The position numbers and the translations under genes are program-made. A stretch of DNA of 64,000 bases from an uncultured Acidobacteriota bacterium (GTDB taxonomy: Bacteria; Acidobacteriota; Thermoanaerobaculia; Multivoradales; JAHEKO01). Below are positions 9,822-20,200 of this stretch, one piece after another. The stretch lies in assembly GCA_963713825.1 (NCBI GenBank), contig CAVQNG010000003.1, positions 928,001 to 992,000 of the forward strand. The letters are read 5' to 3'. The notes beneath the pieces were generated by a model that was given only the letters and a program-made list of their open reading frames with translations, was not told the DNA's origin and ran no database searches. Numbering within the stretch: the stretch's first letter is position 1; every line of letters begins with the position of its first letter.

Positions 9822-10196
9822 ATGGGAGACCAGATTCCAGCTTGTGTACTCCTCGAGACCCTGTTCGGAACGGTGGTCATGGTAGCCGATGCGCACTCGA
9901 TGCAGGAGAGCGCACGCCGACTCCAACCCGAGGTGGCGGTGGTCGACCTCTCGCTCACGCGCGAGTCGAACCTCGACTGGCTGATGGAGCTCCACCGTTC
10001 CTGCCCCGAGATCAAGCTGGTCGTGCTCAGCGTCCACGACGAGTCGGCGGTGCAAGCGGCGGCCAAAGCAGCTGGCGCGGATGGTCATGTGCTCAAACGC
10101 GACATTGCCACGGATCTGCTGCCCACCATCGACTCTCTCCTGGCCGGCGATGCCGTGGACAGGTCGCGGACCAATCTACGTCAAAGCTATCGATGA
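9822..10196 (+). pseudogene. REC-only protein copy 2 with 15-aa in-frame deletion of the ADRH..GLL segment
   Basis: MGDQIPACVLL joined directly to ETLFGTVV; the rest is near-identical to copy 1. Confidence 0.7.
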
Positions 10197-10250
10197 ACAA
10201 CGACAACCAACGTGGCAACGAACTTTCTACCGACAACAAGGAGAAGGAAC

Positions 10251-10917
10251 ATGAAAAGGACAATCTCAACCGGCTTCATCTTCGTCCTGCTGATGGCAGC
10301 GGGAAGCGTGCTGTCAGCGGCGGAGTCCCGCTGGATTGTACGTGGCAACTACGTGGTAGACGTGGCCCAGCACGGATTCCTACCAGACCGAGAGTGTAAT
10401 TGGAGGCATGCCCATCCTCAACGAGCTCAGCCTCGACAAGGGGCAGGGATTCGGGCTCGATATCGAGTACATGTTCAGTAGCAGGATCGGAATCCTCGTG
10501 TCCGCTATCTTCACCGACATGGAGGGCACGTTTGTCTATGGCATCGAGCCCGGAGAAGAGAGCGAGCGCGTCAAAGACAACAACACCGTCGACTTCTACA
10601 CGATCAACGCAGGTGCGAACTATCACTTCACTCCGGAGAGCACGGTCGACTTCTATGTCGGTGCTTTCGCGGGTGTCTTCTCCTATGACAGCGTGAAGTT
10701 TGTGCTGCCGGAGCTCGAGCAGGAGATCTCGATCAACTTCGACGATCAGTTCTCCTACGGTGTGACCGCGGGGCTCGACATCCCGTTCGGCGATAGCCCC
10801 TGGATGGCAACGCTGGGCGTCAGGTACCTGATCAGCGATCTGAAGGAAGACGGTGGACCGCGCGAGATCGCCATCGACCCGATCATCGGCACGATCGGCA
10901 TTGGTCTTCGCTTCTAG
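10251..10917 (+). CDS. OmpW-family protein, copy 2 (1-nt insertion near 10358, possibly a sequencing error)
   Basis: Near-identical to 2189-2820; GTGGTAGACGTGG vs GTGGTAACGTGG; different last strand IIGTIGIGLRF. Confidence 0.8.
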
Positions 10918-10943
10918 AACCAGACAAACTGGAGGACTCAGCA

Positions 10944-11733
10944 ATGAAACGGCTTTCTATCCCAGTTGCGATGCTCTGGCTCGCCTCGCTTGCTGTTGCA
11001 GAGCAGGCGCAGGCAAGCGAGTGGAACTGGAGCATCACCCCTTATTTGTGGGGCTCAGGCGTGAGTCTGAGTGCAGAAGTCAATGATCGAGAACCGGGGA
11101 TCGGACAAGAAATCGATTTCTCGGATCTGATGGACAAGCTCAAATCGCACTCGCTGGTCGGTTCGAGGGCCAGCGCGGCAAGTTCGGGCTTTTTTGCGGA
11201 CGTCTTCCTTGTCGACTTTGGCGACGACAACAAGACGTTCGACCTCGGTGGTTCGCTTCCTGGCCAGGTGGTGGCCGAAACCAATTTGGCGTTCACCATC
11301 TTCGAGGTCGGAGGTATCTACAATCCGAAGGGGGACGGCAAGGGGGTAGCGTTACTCTATGGTGCGCGCATGCTGGACCTCGATATGAAGCTCGATGCGC
11401 AATACGACTTCGACGGGGGATCGACAGAGGGCCGCGACTACGGATTGAACAAAGCGCTTTGGGACGCCCTCATCGGGGTGCGCTACCTCGGCGATCTCGG
11501 GGATCGTTGGCGCTACAACCTCGAGGCAGATGTGAGCAGCGGCGGAACGGACCTGACTTGGAACGCTCAGGCCGGTGTGGGCTACGCCTACGGCAAGCAC
11601 AGACAGCATGCGGTCATCGCCGGCTATCGGTATATGGACATCGACATTGAGCGAGTCACCCGGTGAGCGGGTCGACATCGACATCGAGGCACAGTTGGCA
11701 GGCCCCTACTTGGCTCTGAAGTTCGGCTTCTGA
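10944..11733 (+). CDS. Outer membrane beta-barrel protein (frameshifts near 11145, 11190, 11650)
   Basis: Signal peptide; WNWSITPYLW, WDALIGVRY, DLTWNAQAGVGY, AGYRYMDID; alternative frame ends AGPYLALKFGF* at 11733. Confidence 0.75.
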
Positions 11734-11771
11734 GCGCCTATTGTCCAGGAGGCGTTGGGAGGGATTCAACT

Positions 11772-12371
11772 ATGAGAAGGCGCATTGCTGCCAGTCTGCT
11801 GGCCACTCTCGTTTGCACGCTCACGGTATCGGTGGCTTTGGGTCAGACGCAGGGTGCCCAGAAGGAGCCAGAGATTCCCGCGGCAAAGCAGACCAGCCTG
11901 GGGTTGTACCTGACGGCAAGCCAAGCCCTTGAAAGGTGGCAAGCCGAGCCCGAGAAGGTGAAGGTCCTCGACGTTCGCACGCTCGAGGAGTTCATCTTCG
12001 TCGGTCATGCGGAGATGGCATGGAATGTTCCCCTCGCCGTCCAGACGGATCAATGGGATGCCGAGAAGCGCCACTTCGCCATGCAGCCAGATCCCACCTT
12101 CGCATCCCGGGTGAAGGAGTTGTTCACCCCCGAGGATACGTTGCTGGTGATGTGCCGCTCCGGGGGCCGCAGCGCGATGGCGGTCAATCTGCTTGCCGAA
12201 GCCGGCTTCAAGAATGTCTACAACATCATCGACGGCATGGAAGGAGACAAGGTGGACGAGGAGGGCAATGTCTTCCACGGGAAGAGAATGAAGAACGGCT
12301 GGAAGAACTCGGGATTGCCCTGGACCTACCAGCTGGATCCGGACCGGATGCGTCTTCCCGATCGCCAATAG
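11772..12371 (+). CDS. Exported rhodanese-like sulfurtransferase
   Basis: Signal peptide ..VALG; LDVRTLEEFIFVGH; active loop CRSGGRS; DGMEGD..GWKNSGLPW. Confidence 0.9.
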   Translation: MRRRIAASLLATLVCTLTVSVALGQTQGAQKEPEIPAAKQTSLGLYLTASQALERWQAEPEKVKVLDVRTLEEFIFVGHAEMAWNVPLAVQTDQWDAEKRHFAMQPDPTFASRVKELFTPEDTLLVMCRSGGRSAMAVNLLAEAGFKNVYNIIDGMEGDKVDEEGNVFHGKRMKNGWKNSGLPWTYQLDPDRMRLPDRQ

Positions 12372-12446
12372 CCAGCTGTAGATCGAAGTACCAAGGTGGA
12401 ACCAACTGAATCGGACATCCAAGACAGGAACACTGGAGGAATCAGA

Positions 12447-13886
12447 ATGACAGCCAGAAAGAAGACCACCGCAAAGAAGACTCCCGCAACCACAGCGAGA
12501 AAGAAGGCCGCGCCGAAATCAAAGAGACGCGTCGCCGCCAGTGCCAAAGTCGAGAACTCGCAGGTCATCGGGTTGCTGGGTAAGGTCCTGGGCGCTGCAG
12601 AGGGGGTCGAGATCGAGCAGCTCCAGGGCCTTGTGGACTCCCTCAAGGAGGCCCAGGGTCAGCAGCCGGTCACCAAGAAGGCAAGCGCGCCAAAAAAGAC
12701 CGCCGCCAAGCCGGCGAAGAAGGCGGCCAAGAAAAGAGTATCCACGAAGGTGCCACTGAACTGGAAAGAGGTGTGGTACACGAACTGCCCGATGGTCTCC
12801 GCCAATAACGTTGACCAGGAGCTGGGATGGTGCCGCGAGGAGTTCAAGAAAATCGGTGTCGAGTACGATTACTTCCGCCACTCACCCGAGAACAACTGGT
12901 ACCCCCACTACATCCACAACCTCGACAACCTCATCCGATTCGGCGGTCTGAATCCCGCGATCGCGGTTCACGCCGACCTTCGCCGCACCGTGCTGTTGGG
13001 GGCGACGTGGGTCTACGAGGGTGGGGTTATGCAGGTGCGCTCCCGCGACAAGATCTTCCGGGTGAAGGATCTAAAGGGCAAGAAGATCGGCATCACCAAG
13101 AGCCTGAACACCATCAAGAATGACTGGTGGCGCATCCAGGAACACATGGGCATCGAGAACATCCTGATGCTCAACGACATGACCATGGATGACATCGAGC
13201 TCGTCGAGTTCCCCTATCCCGACGACTGGTATGACAAGCCGGAGATGCTGACCCCGCCGATGAACAACCCGTCCGAGTTGTGGATGAGGCGTGACCATAA
13301 GCATGATTACGCATTCCGCCCGCTGGAGAAGGCATTACTCGACGGTACCGTCGATGCTATCTACAACCAGATGGGACAATTGGGACAGCTCTCGGAGGCC
13401 ACGGGCGAAATCAAAGCCATATTCGACCTGTCCAAGCTCCCGGACTGGACGATTCAGGTCGCCAACACTCCCGCGGTCATCACCTGCACCGACGTGATGG
13501 CCGAGAAGCACCCCGAGTTGGTTGTCGCCTACATGAAGGCCATGATCAAGGTCGGGCGCTGGGCCAATGAGCACAAGCGCGCTGCGGCGGTGATCCTCGA
13601 CCATCAGACCTTTTACCTGGACGCCGAGCACACCTACCAGGGCATCAAGCACGTCGACATGGTGCCGAGCCTGAGTGCGCAGAACCTGGAGTGCATCAAC
13701 ATCGGCAAAGATTTTATGTTCAGTCACGGCTACACGAAGAACGACTTCGATGTGAACGAGTGGGCGGCCCCGGAGTTCCTCGAGCAGGCGGCGACTGAAT
13801 TGCTCATGGAGGAATGGGAAAAAAGGAGCTGGAGCAAGCTTCCGGAGGGCGGCGGGCTCGAGGTCGAAGGTACACGCCTCGGCTAG
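12447..13886 (+). CDS. DszB-like desulfinase homologue (SsuA/THI5 binding-protein fold) with Lys/Ala-rich N-terminal extension
   Basis: YTNCP and H-x9-RFGG match recalled DszB YSNCP and H60..R70FGG; DLKGKKIGI; no signal peptide; RBS GGAGG. Confidence 0.7.
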   Translation: MTARKKTTAKKTPATTARKKAAPKSKRRVAASAKVENSQVIGLLGKVLGAAEGVEIEQLQGLVDSLKEAQGQQPVTKKASAPKKTAAKPAKKAAKKRVSTKVPLNWKEVWYTNCPMVSANNVDQELGWCREEFKKIGVEYDYFRHSPENNWYPHYIHNLDNLIRFGGLNPAIAVHADLRRTVLLGATWVYEGGVMQVRSRDKIFRVKDLKGKKIGITKSLNTIKNDWWRIQEHMGIENILMLNDMTMDDIELVEFPYPDDWYDKPEMLTPPMNNPSELWMRRDHKHDYAFRPLEKALLDGTVDAIYNQMGQLGQLSEATGEIKAIFDLSKLPDWTIQVANTPAVITCTDVMAEKHPELVVAYMKAMIKVGRWANEHKRAAAVILDHQTFYLDAEHTYQGIKHVDMVPSLSAQNLECINIGKDFMFSHGYTKNDFDVNEWAAPEFLEQAATELLMEEWEKRSWSKLPEGGGLEVEGTRLG

Positions 13887-13927
13887 CCGGCAGGAGGCGG
13901 CTCAGCAAAGGGTTCGAAGCGGATGTC

Positions 13928-13953
13928 CCCGGCGTGCCGTACGGCGCGCCGGG
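13928..13953. other. GC-rich intergenic hairpin
   Basis: CCCGGCGTGCC-GTAC-GGCGCGCCGGG; no U-tract. Confidence 0.5.
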
Positions 13954-13994
13954 AGATGCCCGCGGGCAACCGAGTGCGGGCCAGGGAGGAAAGC

Positions 13995-14831
13995 ATGAGC
14001 GTCACCTACAAACTCGACACCATGATCGAGGCCGACGAGAGCCTGTGCATTGGATGTGGGAGCTGCATCCGCGCCTGTCCGGGTGGTCTCATCACCAAGC
14101 AGGATTTCCCTGTTCCCGTCGAGAACGGGTGGGACCTTTGCATCGACTGCGGCCATTGCGTGGCGATCTGTCCTACCGAGGCCATGCACCAGCGCTCGAT
14201 GGGCCCCGAGGATTGCCAGCCGATCGACATCCACCTCATCCCCAGGTGGGATCGGGTCAGGCAGTACCTGATCTCGCGGCGTTCGATTCGGGGCTACATC
14301 AGCAGGCCCATCGAAAAGGACAAGATCCTCGAGCTGTTGGAGGTCGCCCGTTACGCTCCCAACGGAGCGAATCGCCAGGTGGTGCGCTGGCTGGTGATCA
14401 ACGACCCGGCGAGAGTCCACCGGATTGCCGAGATGACGATCGACTGGATGAAGCTCATGAAGGAGACGAACCGCGCGCTCTACGAGGAGGCCAAGCTCGA
14501 GTTGTTTATCGAGCCGTGGCAGCTGGGTCAGGATCGTATCTCCAGGGGGGCGCCTTGCGTCATGGTGGCCTATGCACCGAAGGACGAGCGGACCGCGCCG
14601 CCCGCCGCAATGATAGCGATCCACCAGATCCAGCTCGCGGCACCCGCTCTCGGCCTGGGGACGACTTTCTCCGGCAGCATCAACACCGCCGGTCAGTCCT
14701 ACGATCCCTTGATCGAGGTCTTCGGGCTGCCGGAGGGACATATCCCGCATGGGACGTTCTTGATCGGACACCCGGCCGAGAAGTACCAACGGATTCCAGT
14801 GAGAAGGCCTGTCGACGTGACCTGGCTTTGA
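13995..14831 (+). CDS. Nitroreductase-family protein with N-terminal 2x[4Fe-4S] ferredoxin domain
   Basis: CIGCGSCIRACP, CIDCGHCVAICP; SRRSIRGY; RYAPNGANRQ; ALGLGTT. Confidence 0.92.
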   Translation: MSVTYKLDTMIEADESLCIGCGSCIRACPGGLITKQDFPVPVENGWDLCIDCGHCVAICPTEAMHQRSMGPEDCQPIDIHLIPRWDRVRQYLISRRSIRGYISRPIEKDKILELLEVARYAPNGANRQVVRWLVINDPARVHRIAEMTIDWMKLMKETNRALYEEAKLELFIEPWQLGQDRISRGAPCVMVAYAPKDERTAPPAAMIAIHQIQLAAPALGLGTTFSGSINTAGQSYDPLIEVFGLPEGHIPHGTFLIGHPAEKYQRIPVRRPVDVTWL

Positions 14832-14847
14832 GAAATCGGAGGAATCG

Positions 14848-15708
14848 ATGAACGAAGGCAAACCACAGACACGCATGCAGCGGATCGGCTACCGGCAGCC
14901 GACCGATGCTGCGGAGCCGGAACATCCCGTCCTCGTCGAGTACGTCAGCGACGGGCGCGTGGCGGTCGTCACCCTCAATCGGCCGCACGCCGACAACGCG
15001 ATCACGACGGAGCTGGCGGCACACCTCATCGAAGCGCTCGAGACGATTGCGGCCCGTGTCGAAGTCCGCGTCGCCATCCTTCGAGGAGCCGGCGAGCGCG
15101 CCTTCTCGGTCGGTGGCGACCTCTACGAGCGCAAGAACATGACGAAAGAGCAATGGCTTCGTCAACGCCAGGTCTTTGATCGCCTCCTCTACACGCTGCG
15201 CCAATTGCGCAGGCCGATCATCGCCGCGGTCCACGGGATGGCCTACGGTGGCGGCTGCGAGATGGCCATGAGTACGGACTTCATCATCGCCGCCGAGGAC
15301 GCCGTCTTCGGTCAGCCCGAAGCGATGGTCGGCTTGAGCGCCGGCGGCGGCTCGCCGGTCTTCCTGCCGCGGGTGCTGCCCCCTGGCAGGGCCATGCAGA
15401 TGCTGATGACCGGAGAACCTATCACCGCCAAAGAGGCCCACCGGCTTGGCATGGTCAACGAGTTACACCCCAAGGCCGAGCTCATGGATGCGGTGCTCGG
15501 CATCGCGGAAAAGATCGTGGCGAATTCGCCGACGGCGGTCCAGGCGGTCAAGCACGCCGTTCAAATGGGGCAGGGCGAGCCCGTCGAGCAGGCAGTCGCC
15601 ATCATGATGGATGAGCACTGGCGCTCGGTCGTTCATCCCGACCGCGTCGAGGGAATCCTCGCCTTCAACGAAAACCGGGAGCCGGAGTATGTCGATCCGG
15701 ACTTCTGA
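14848..15708 (+). CDS. Enoyl-CoA hydratase/isomerase (crotonase) family protein
   Basis: VTLNRP..NA, AFSVGGDL, GGGCEMA, FGQPEAMVG. Confidence 0.92.
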   Translation: MNEGKPQTRMQRIGYRQPTDAAEPEHPVLVEYVSDGRVAVVTLNRPHADNAITTELAAHLIEALETIAARVEVRVAILRGAGERAFSVGGDLYERKNMTKEQWLRQRQVFDRLLYTLRQLRRPIIAAVHGMAYGGGCEMAMSTDFIIAAEDAVFGQPEAMVGLSAGGGSPVFLPRVLPPGRAMQMLMTGEPITAKEAHRLGMVNELHPKAELMDAVLGIAEKIVANSPTAVQAVKHAVQMGQGEPVEQAVAIMMDEHWRSVVHPDRVEGILAFNENREPEYVDPDF

Positions 15709-15804
15709 TGTGCGCTCTCTACAGGCTTCACGAACTGTCCAAAGATCGTCCCTCGGCGCGCTGAGGGATTGGGACCCAACCCGAGGACAAAGGAAGATAC
15801 GAAC

Positions 15805-17499
15805 ATGAAAGTCATCATCGTTGGCGGAGTGGCCGGCGGGGCGTCGTGTGCGGCGCGTCTGCGCAGGCTGGACGAAAAAGCGGAAATCCTCATGGTGGAA
15901 CGCGGACCGTACGTCAGTTACGCAAACTGCGGACTCCCGTACCACATCTCGGGAGTGATCCCACAGGAGTCGAGTCTTCTCGTCGCCAACGAGCAGGTGT
16001 TTCGCGCCCTCTACGGCATCGATGTGCGGACCAGCTGTGAGGCGGTCGCCATCGACCCGAAGAAGAAGACCGTCGATTTGAAGAACGTCGAGACCGGCGA
16101 GGTGACGACCGAAAGCTACGACAAACTGGTGCTGTCGCCCGGTGCCGCCTCGGTCCATCCGCCCCTGCCCGGTATCGACCTGCCCGGGATCTTCCACGTG
16201 CGGACCGTGCCCGACGCGCGAACCATCAAAGAGTGGGTCGCGGGAGGCACCGACTTCCTGGCGGGGATGTCCAAGTACGCGGGGATTCAGTACGTCAAAC
16301 CGACGACGCGCGCCGTCGTCATCGGCGGCGGTTTCATCGGTCTCGAGACGGCGGAGAACCTGGTGCACCTGGGGTTCGACGTGACCCTTCTCCAGAAGCT
16401 GCCTCAGTTGCTGGGTCCGCTGGACCACGAAGTCGCGCGCCTCGTCGAGGAACACGTGAAGAGGCACGGCGTCAACGTCGTCCTCAACGACGCCGCGGCG
16501 GGGTTTGCTGAGCTGGAGGGCGGTGCGATCGAGGTGCAGACTGCTTCCGGCAAGACCTACCCTGCCGACATCGTGATTCTCGCGATCGGCGTGCGGCCGG
16601 ACACCACGCTGGCGAAGGCGGCCGGGCTGGATATCGGCGACCGCGGTGGGATCCGCGTCGACGATCACATGCGGACCTCCGACCCGGACATCTTCGCGGT
16701 CGGCGACGCCATCGAGGTCAAGGACGTCGTCACCGAGGAGTGGAGTCTGATGGCGCTGGCCGGGCCGGCGAACCGGCAGGGCCGGATTGCAGCCGACGTC
16801 ATCGCCGGGCGAGACTCCCGCTTCCGCGGCACCCAGGGCACTGCGATCATCGGACTCTTTGGCGGCGCCGCCGCCTGGACGGGAATCAACGAAAGGACGC
16901 TCGAGAGGCTCGGCGAAGACGACTACGAGAAGGTCTTCATCTTCCCGAACTCCCACGCCGGCTACTTTCCCGGCGCCAAGATGATCGGCATGAAGATCCT
17001 CTTCCGCAAATCCGACGGCCGTCTCCTCGGAGCGCAGGCGCTCGGCCATGATGGACCGGCGGTGGACAAGCGGATCAGCGCGCTGGCCGTGGCCCTGCAG
17101 ATGGGCGCGACGATCTACGATCTCGAGGAGGCCGAGCTCTGCTACGCGCCCCAGTTCGGCAGCGCCAAGGACCCAGTCAACTACGCTGGGATGGTCGCCG
17201 CCGACGTCCTTCGCGGCGACATGCCTATCGCGCACTGGGACGGCATCGGCGACGCCTTCCTGCTCGACGTCCGCCAGCCTGTGGAACTGGTCGTCGAGTC
17301 GGTTCCCGGCGCGGTCAACATTCCGTTGCCGGAGCTCCGCGCGCGCCTGGATGAGCTGCCGAAGGACCGCGAGATCCTGATCATCTGCCGCTCTGCGCAG
17401 CGTGCCTACTACGCGACGCGGATCCTGCTACAGAACGGTTTCAATGCTCGGAACCTCTCCGGCGGCATGCTGGCGCGGGCGATGCAGACAAGGGTCTGA
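15805..17499 (+). CDS. CoA-disulfide/persulfide reductase with C-terminal rhodanese domain (CoADR-RHD/Npsr type)
   Basis: GGVAGGASCAARLRR, SYANCGLPY, GGGFIGLE, AVGD, YAPQFGSAKDPVN, rhodanese loop ICRSAQRA. Confidence 0.92.
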   Translation: MKVIIVGGVAGGASCAARLRRLDEKAEILMVERGPYVSYANCGLPYHISGVIPQESSLLVANEQVFRALYGIDVRTSCEAVAIDPKKKTVDLKNVETGEVTTESYDKLVLSPGAASVHPPLPGIDLPGIFHVRTVPDARTIKEWVAGGTDFLAGMSKYAGIQYVKPTTRAVVIGGGFIGLETAENLVHLGFDVTLLQKLPQLLGPLDHEVARLVEEHVKRHGVNVVLNDAAAGFAELEGGAIEVQTASGKTYPADIVILAIGVRPDTTLAKAAGLDIGDRGGIRVDDHMRTSDPDIFAVGDAIEVKDVVTEEWSLMALAGPANRQGRIAADVIAGRDSRFRGTQGTAIIGLFGGAAAWTGINERTLERLGEDDYEKVFIFPNSHAGYFPGAKMIGMKILFRKSDGRLLGAQALGHDGPAVDKRISALAVALQMGATIYDLEEAELCYAPQFGSAKDPVNYAGMVAADVLRGDMPIAHWDGIGDAFLLDVRQPVELVVESVPGAVNIPLPELRARLDELPKDREILIICRSAQRAYYATRILLQNGFNARNLSGGMLARAMQTRV

Positions 17500-17563
17500 G
17501 CTGATGAAGCGCGACGAACCCACTGCGGGACTGCGTAAGGTCTTACATCGACAGGGGGCATGA

Positions 17564-18040
17564 ATGGACACCATGCCGGAGCTGTTTTCTCGTGGGGTCG
17601 AGGAGCTCCTCGGGCGTGCGGGTGGACCGCTTCGCTTTCGACTGGTGGTCATGCCAACCGTGGTCGTCATCCTCGCGATCCGAGCCCACCTGAAGGATGT
17701 CCGGGAGGGAAAGTCGGTCCGGGTGGGGGCTTTCCTCGCGAGCCCGACCGAGCGCCGACGGCTCCTCCGTTCCGCGCTGCGAGACATCTCGAGAGTCTTC
17801 ATCGTGGCGTGCGTGCTGGACACCACCTATCAGCTCCTGGTTCTACGAGCGTTCCACCCTGGCCAGATGCTGATCGTGGCCGTGGTATGCGCCATCGTGC
17901 CGTATGTCCTGATCCGCGGCCCGGTCACGCGTCTCGTTTACTTCCTGCAACGGCGTTGGGACAGCGCTGCCGAACCAACGACGGCCACCACGAATCCGGA
18001 CGCCGAAAGCCACGGGAAACAGGAGTCAGCCGATGAGTGA
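17564..18040 (+). CDS. Hypothetical membrane protein
   Basis: GPLRFRLVVMPTVVVILAIRA..PYVLIRGPVTRL; about three TM segments; overlaps SulP start. Confidence 0.75.
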   Translation: MDTMPELFSRGVEELLGRAGGPLRFRLVVMPTVVVILAIRAHLKDVREGKSVRVGAFLASPTERRRLLRSALRDISRVFIVACVLDTTYQLLVLRAFHPGQMLIVAVVCAIVPYVLIRGPVTRLVYFLQRRWDSAAEPTTATTNPDAESHGKQESADE

Positions 18041-19797
18041 AGAGAGATCCGGCGTTCTCGCCAAGATCAGCTGGCCCCGTCCGTTCGCGGGACTGCAAGG
18101 CGTCAAGGTGGCCGACGTCCCACGGGAGATCTCGGCGGGCATTACCCTGGCCGCCCTGATGATCCCGCTGAACATCGGCTATGCGCAGGTGGCCGGTCTG
18201 CCCCCCGTTGCGGGTCTCTACGCGGCCATCATCCCGCTGGCGGTCTTCGCCTTGCTCACGAGCTCGCGCCACCTGGTGACGAGCCCCGATGCCTCCATGG
18301 CCGGGCTGGTCGGCGCCGCCCTGGTCGCTTTTGCCGCACCCGGGGACCCGCTGCGTCTACAGTTCGCCCTCGCTCTGGCTGTGATTTGCGGCTTGGTGTT
18401 CTTCGTCTTCTGGTTCTTCCGGCTGGCATTCCTCGCCAACTTCCTGTCTCGCGCCGTGATGGCGGGCTTTATCACCGGCCTCGGCATCGAGGTCTTCACC
18501 AACCAGGTGCGGAAGATCCTCGCCGCGCCCCACGTGGAAAGCGCGGCCGGGGCGCTGGCAGCGGCGGAACGGCTCAAGGATGCCATGGCGAGCTCTGTCG
18601 AGACCGAAGGCTACTTCGTGGAGTTGGTGGCCCTGTTCGAATCCATCCCCAGGGCCAATCTGTACTCGGTGGCGATCGGAGTCTCCGCTTTCTTGATCGT
18701 CCGTCTAATGAAACGGTACACGCCGAAGATCCCTGGAGCATTGGTGGCCCTGGTGCTGCTGACGGTCATCGTCGCGGTGTTCGATCTCGCTGCCAAAGGA
18801 GTCGGCGTGCTCGGTGAGATGCCTTCGGGCCCACCGGCGTTGACCGTGCCCGCCATCCCCTTGGCCGACTACCTGCGGCTGCTGCCAAGCGCCCTGGCGA
18901 TCGTGGCCATTCTTCTCTGCGAAGGTCTCCTCGTGGTCCGCAGCTACAGCAGCAAGTACGGATACAAGGCGGACGGCGATCAGATGCTGTTCGCCTGGGG
19001 TGCGGCCAACCTCGCGGCCGGCTTCACCGGCTCGATGATCACCGGCAACAGCCCCTCCCGCTCGGCGGCGATGGATGGCGCGGGCTCGCGCAGCCAGATG
19101 TCGAGCCTGGTGGCGGCGGGAACGATCACGCTGGTGATGCTCTTCTTTACCGACATGCTCGCTTTCCTGCCCAACGCGGCCCTGGCCGGGATCGTGGCCA
19201 ATGCGGTGCTGTCGCTGATCGAGGTCCATGAGCTCCGCGAGCTGTGGCGGATGCGCCGCTCGGACTTTTGGATCGCCGCCACCTGTCTTCTCAGTGTGCT
19301 GGCCCTGGGTCCGCTGCGCGCCGTCCTCATTGCCTTCCTCCTGTCCACCATCGACGTCATCCGGCGGGCGTCCAGTCCGGACACATCGGCGCTGCTGGAA
19401 GCTCCCGACGGTAGCTATTTCACTCCCGCGGTCGACAGCGACGGCATCAGTACGCAGGGTCTGGTCATCTATCGATTTCGGGGCCCCGCTGTACTTCGCC
19501 AACGCGACCCTGTTCCTCGAAGAGGTCGAGCAGTTGGTCGCCCAGGCGCCCAGCCCTGTCCGCTGGTTCGTGCTGGACGCGGAAGCGATGATCGACATCG
19601 ACACCACCGGCGCGGAGGTCCTGCGGCAAGCGATCACCATCTTGGCCGATCGCGACGTCACCTTCGCCGTCAGCCGCGCCGACCGGTCCTTCCGCTCATG
19701 GCTGGAGAAATACGAGCTGATGGAGCTGATCGACTCGAGCCGTTTCTACCCGACCAACCGACACGCGGCGGCAGCATTTCGCGAGGATCCGGAGTGA
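18033..19797 (+). CDS. SulP/SLC26 anion transporter with STAS domain (frameshift near 19476)
   Basis: AGITLAALMIPLNIGYAQVAGLPPVAGLYA; FLSRAVMAGF; second frame GAPLYFANA..LDAEAMIDIDTTG. Confidence 0.9.
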
Positions 19798-19802
19798 GTG
19801 AA

Positions 19803-20060
19803 TGCACGAGCTGGCGCAGGTCGGTGAGCAGGAGAACATGGCCGACCTGCGTGCCGCGCGCATCGGCGTGATCGTCAATTCAAAGAGCCACCGGAAGTGG
19901 ATCTTCACCTTCACCGCCGACCGTCACGAAAAGAGGACTAGGGAGGACGCCAAGTGGCAGGTCTACGACCTCGAGATCGAAATCCCCATCGGCCCGGTGA
20001 AGCTTACCCTCGGCAAGCAGGAGGAGCCGTTCTCCTTCGAGATGGTCGGGCTGTTTCCGA
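19803..20060 (+). pseudogene. Internal fragment of an OprO/OprP-like porin gene
   Basis: DLRAARIG..VKLTLGKQEEPFSFEMVG; no signal peptide and no C-terminus. Confidence 0.45.
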
Positions 20061-20114
20061 CGCTGCCGCGCAAAGGTCGCATCTCGGTGCATGGTGAGAA
20101 ACACCGCGGGCGGG

Positions 20115-20200
20115 TCATCTCTACCCTGCCGTCCACCAATTGCACACGTTCGCGGATGCTCGCCATGCCGAGACTTCTGCCGATGCTTGAACTCGCGGTC
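20115..20200 (-). pseudogene. Inverted HATPase C-terminal fragment of a NarX-type kinase
   Basis: SLGMASIRERVQLVDGRVE resembles HLGIASMHERVSLLGGRLE of the kinase at 2-913. Confidence 0.65.

Noticed and set aside
9273-10196. 307-aa ORF as an N-terminally extended receiver protein
   Set aside because: The upstream part is read-through across unrelated remnants and the regulatory box; ATG 9822 is the plausible start
11664-11666. Premature TGA as selenocysteine or programmed recoding
   Set aside because: Better explained by a frameshift near 11650; the barrel C-terminus continues in another frame
12447-13886. Ordinary ABC sulfonate-binding protein
   Set aside because: No signal peptide, no permease or ATPase nearby, and DszB-type catalytic residues present; kept as the less likely alternative
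15463-17235. 590-aa minus-strand ORF
   Set aside because: Antisense shadow of the CoA-disulfide reductase, expected in high-GC DNA
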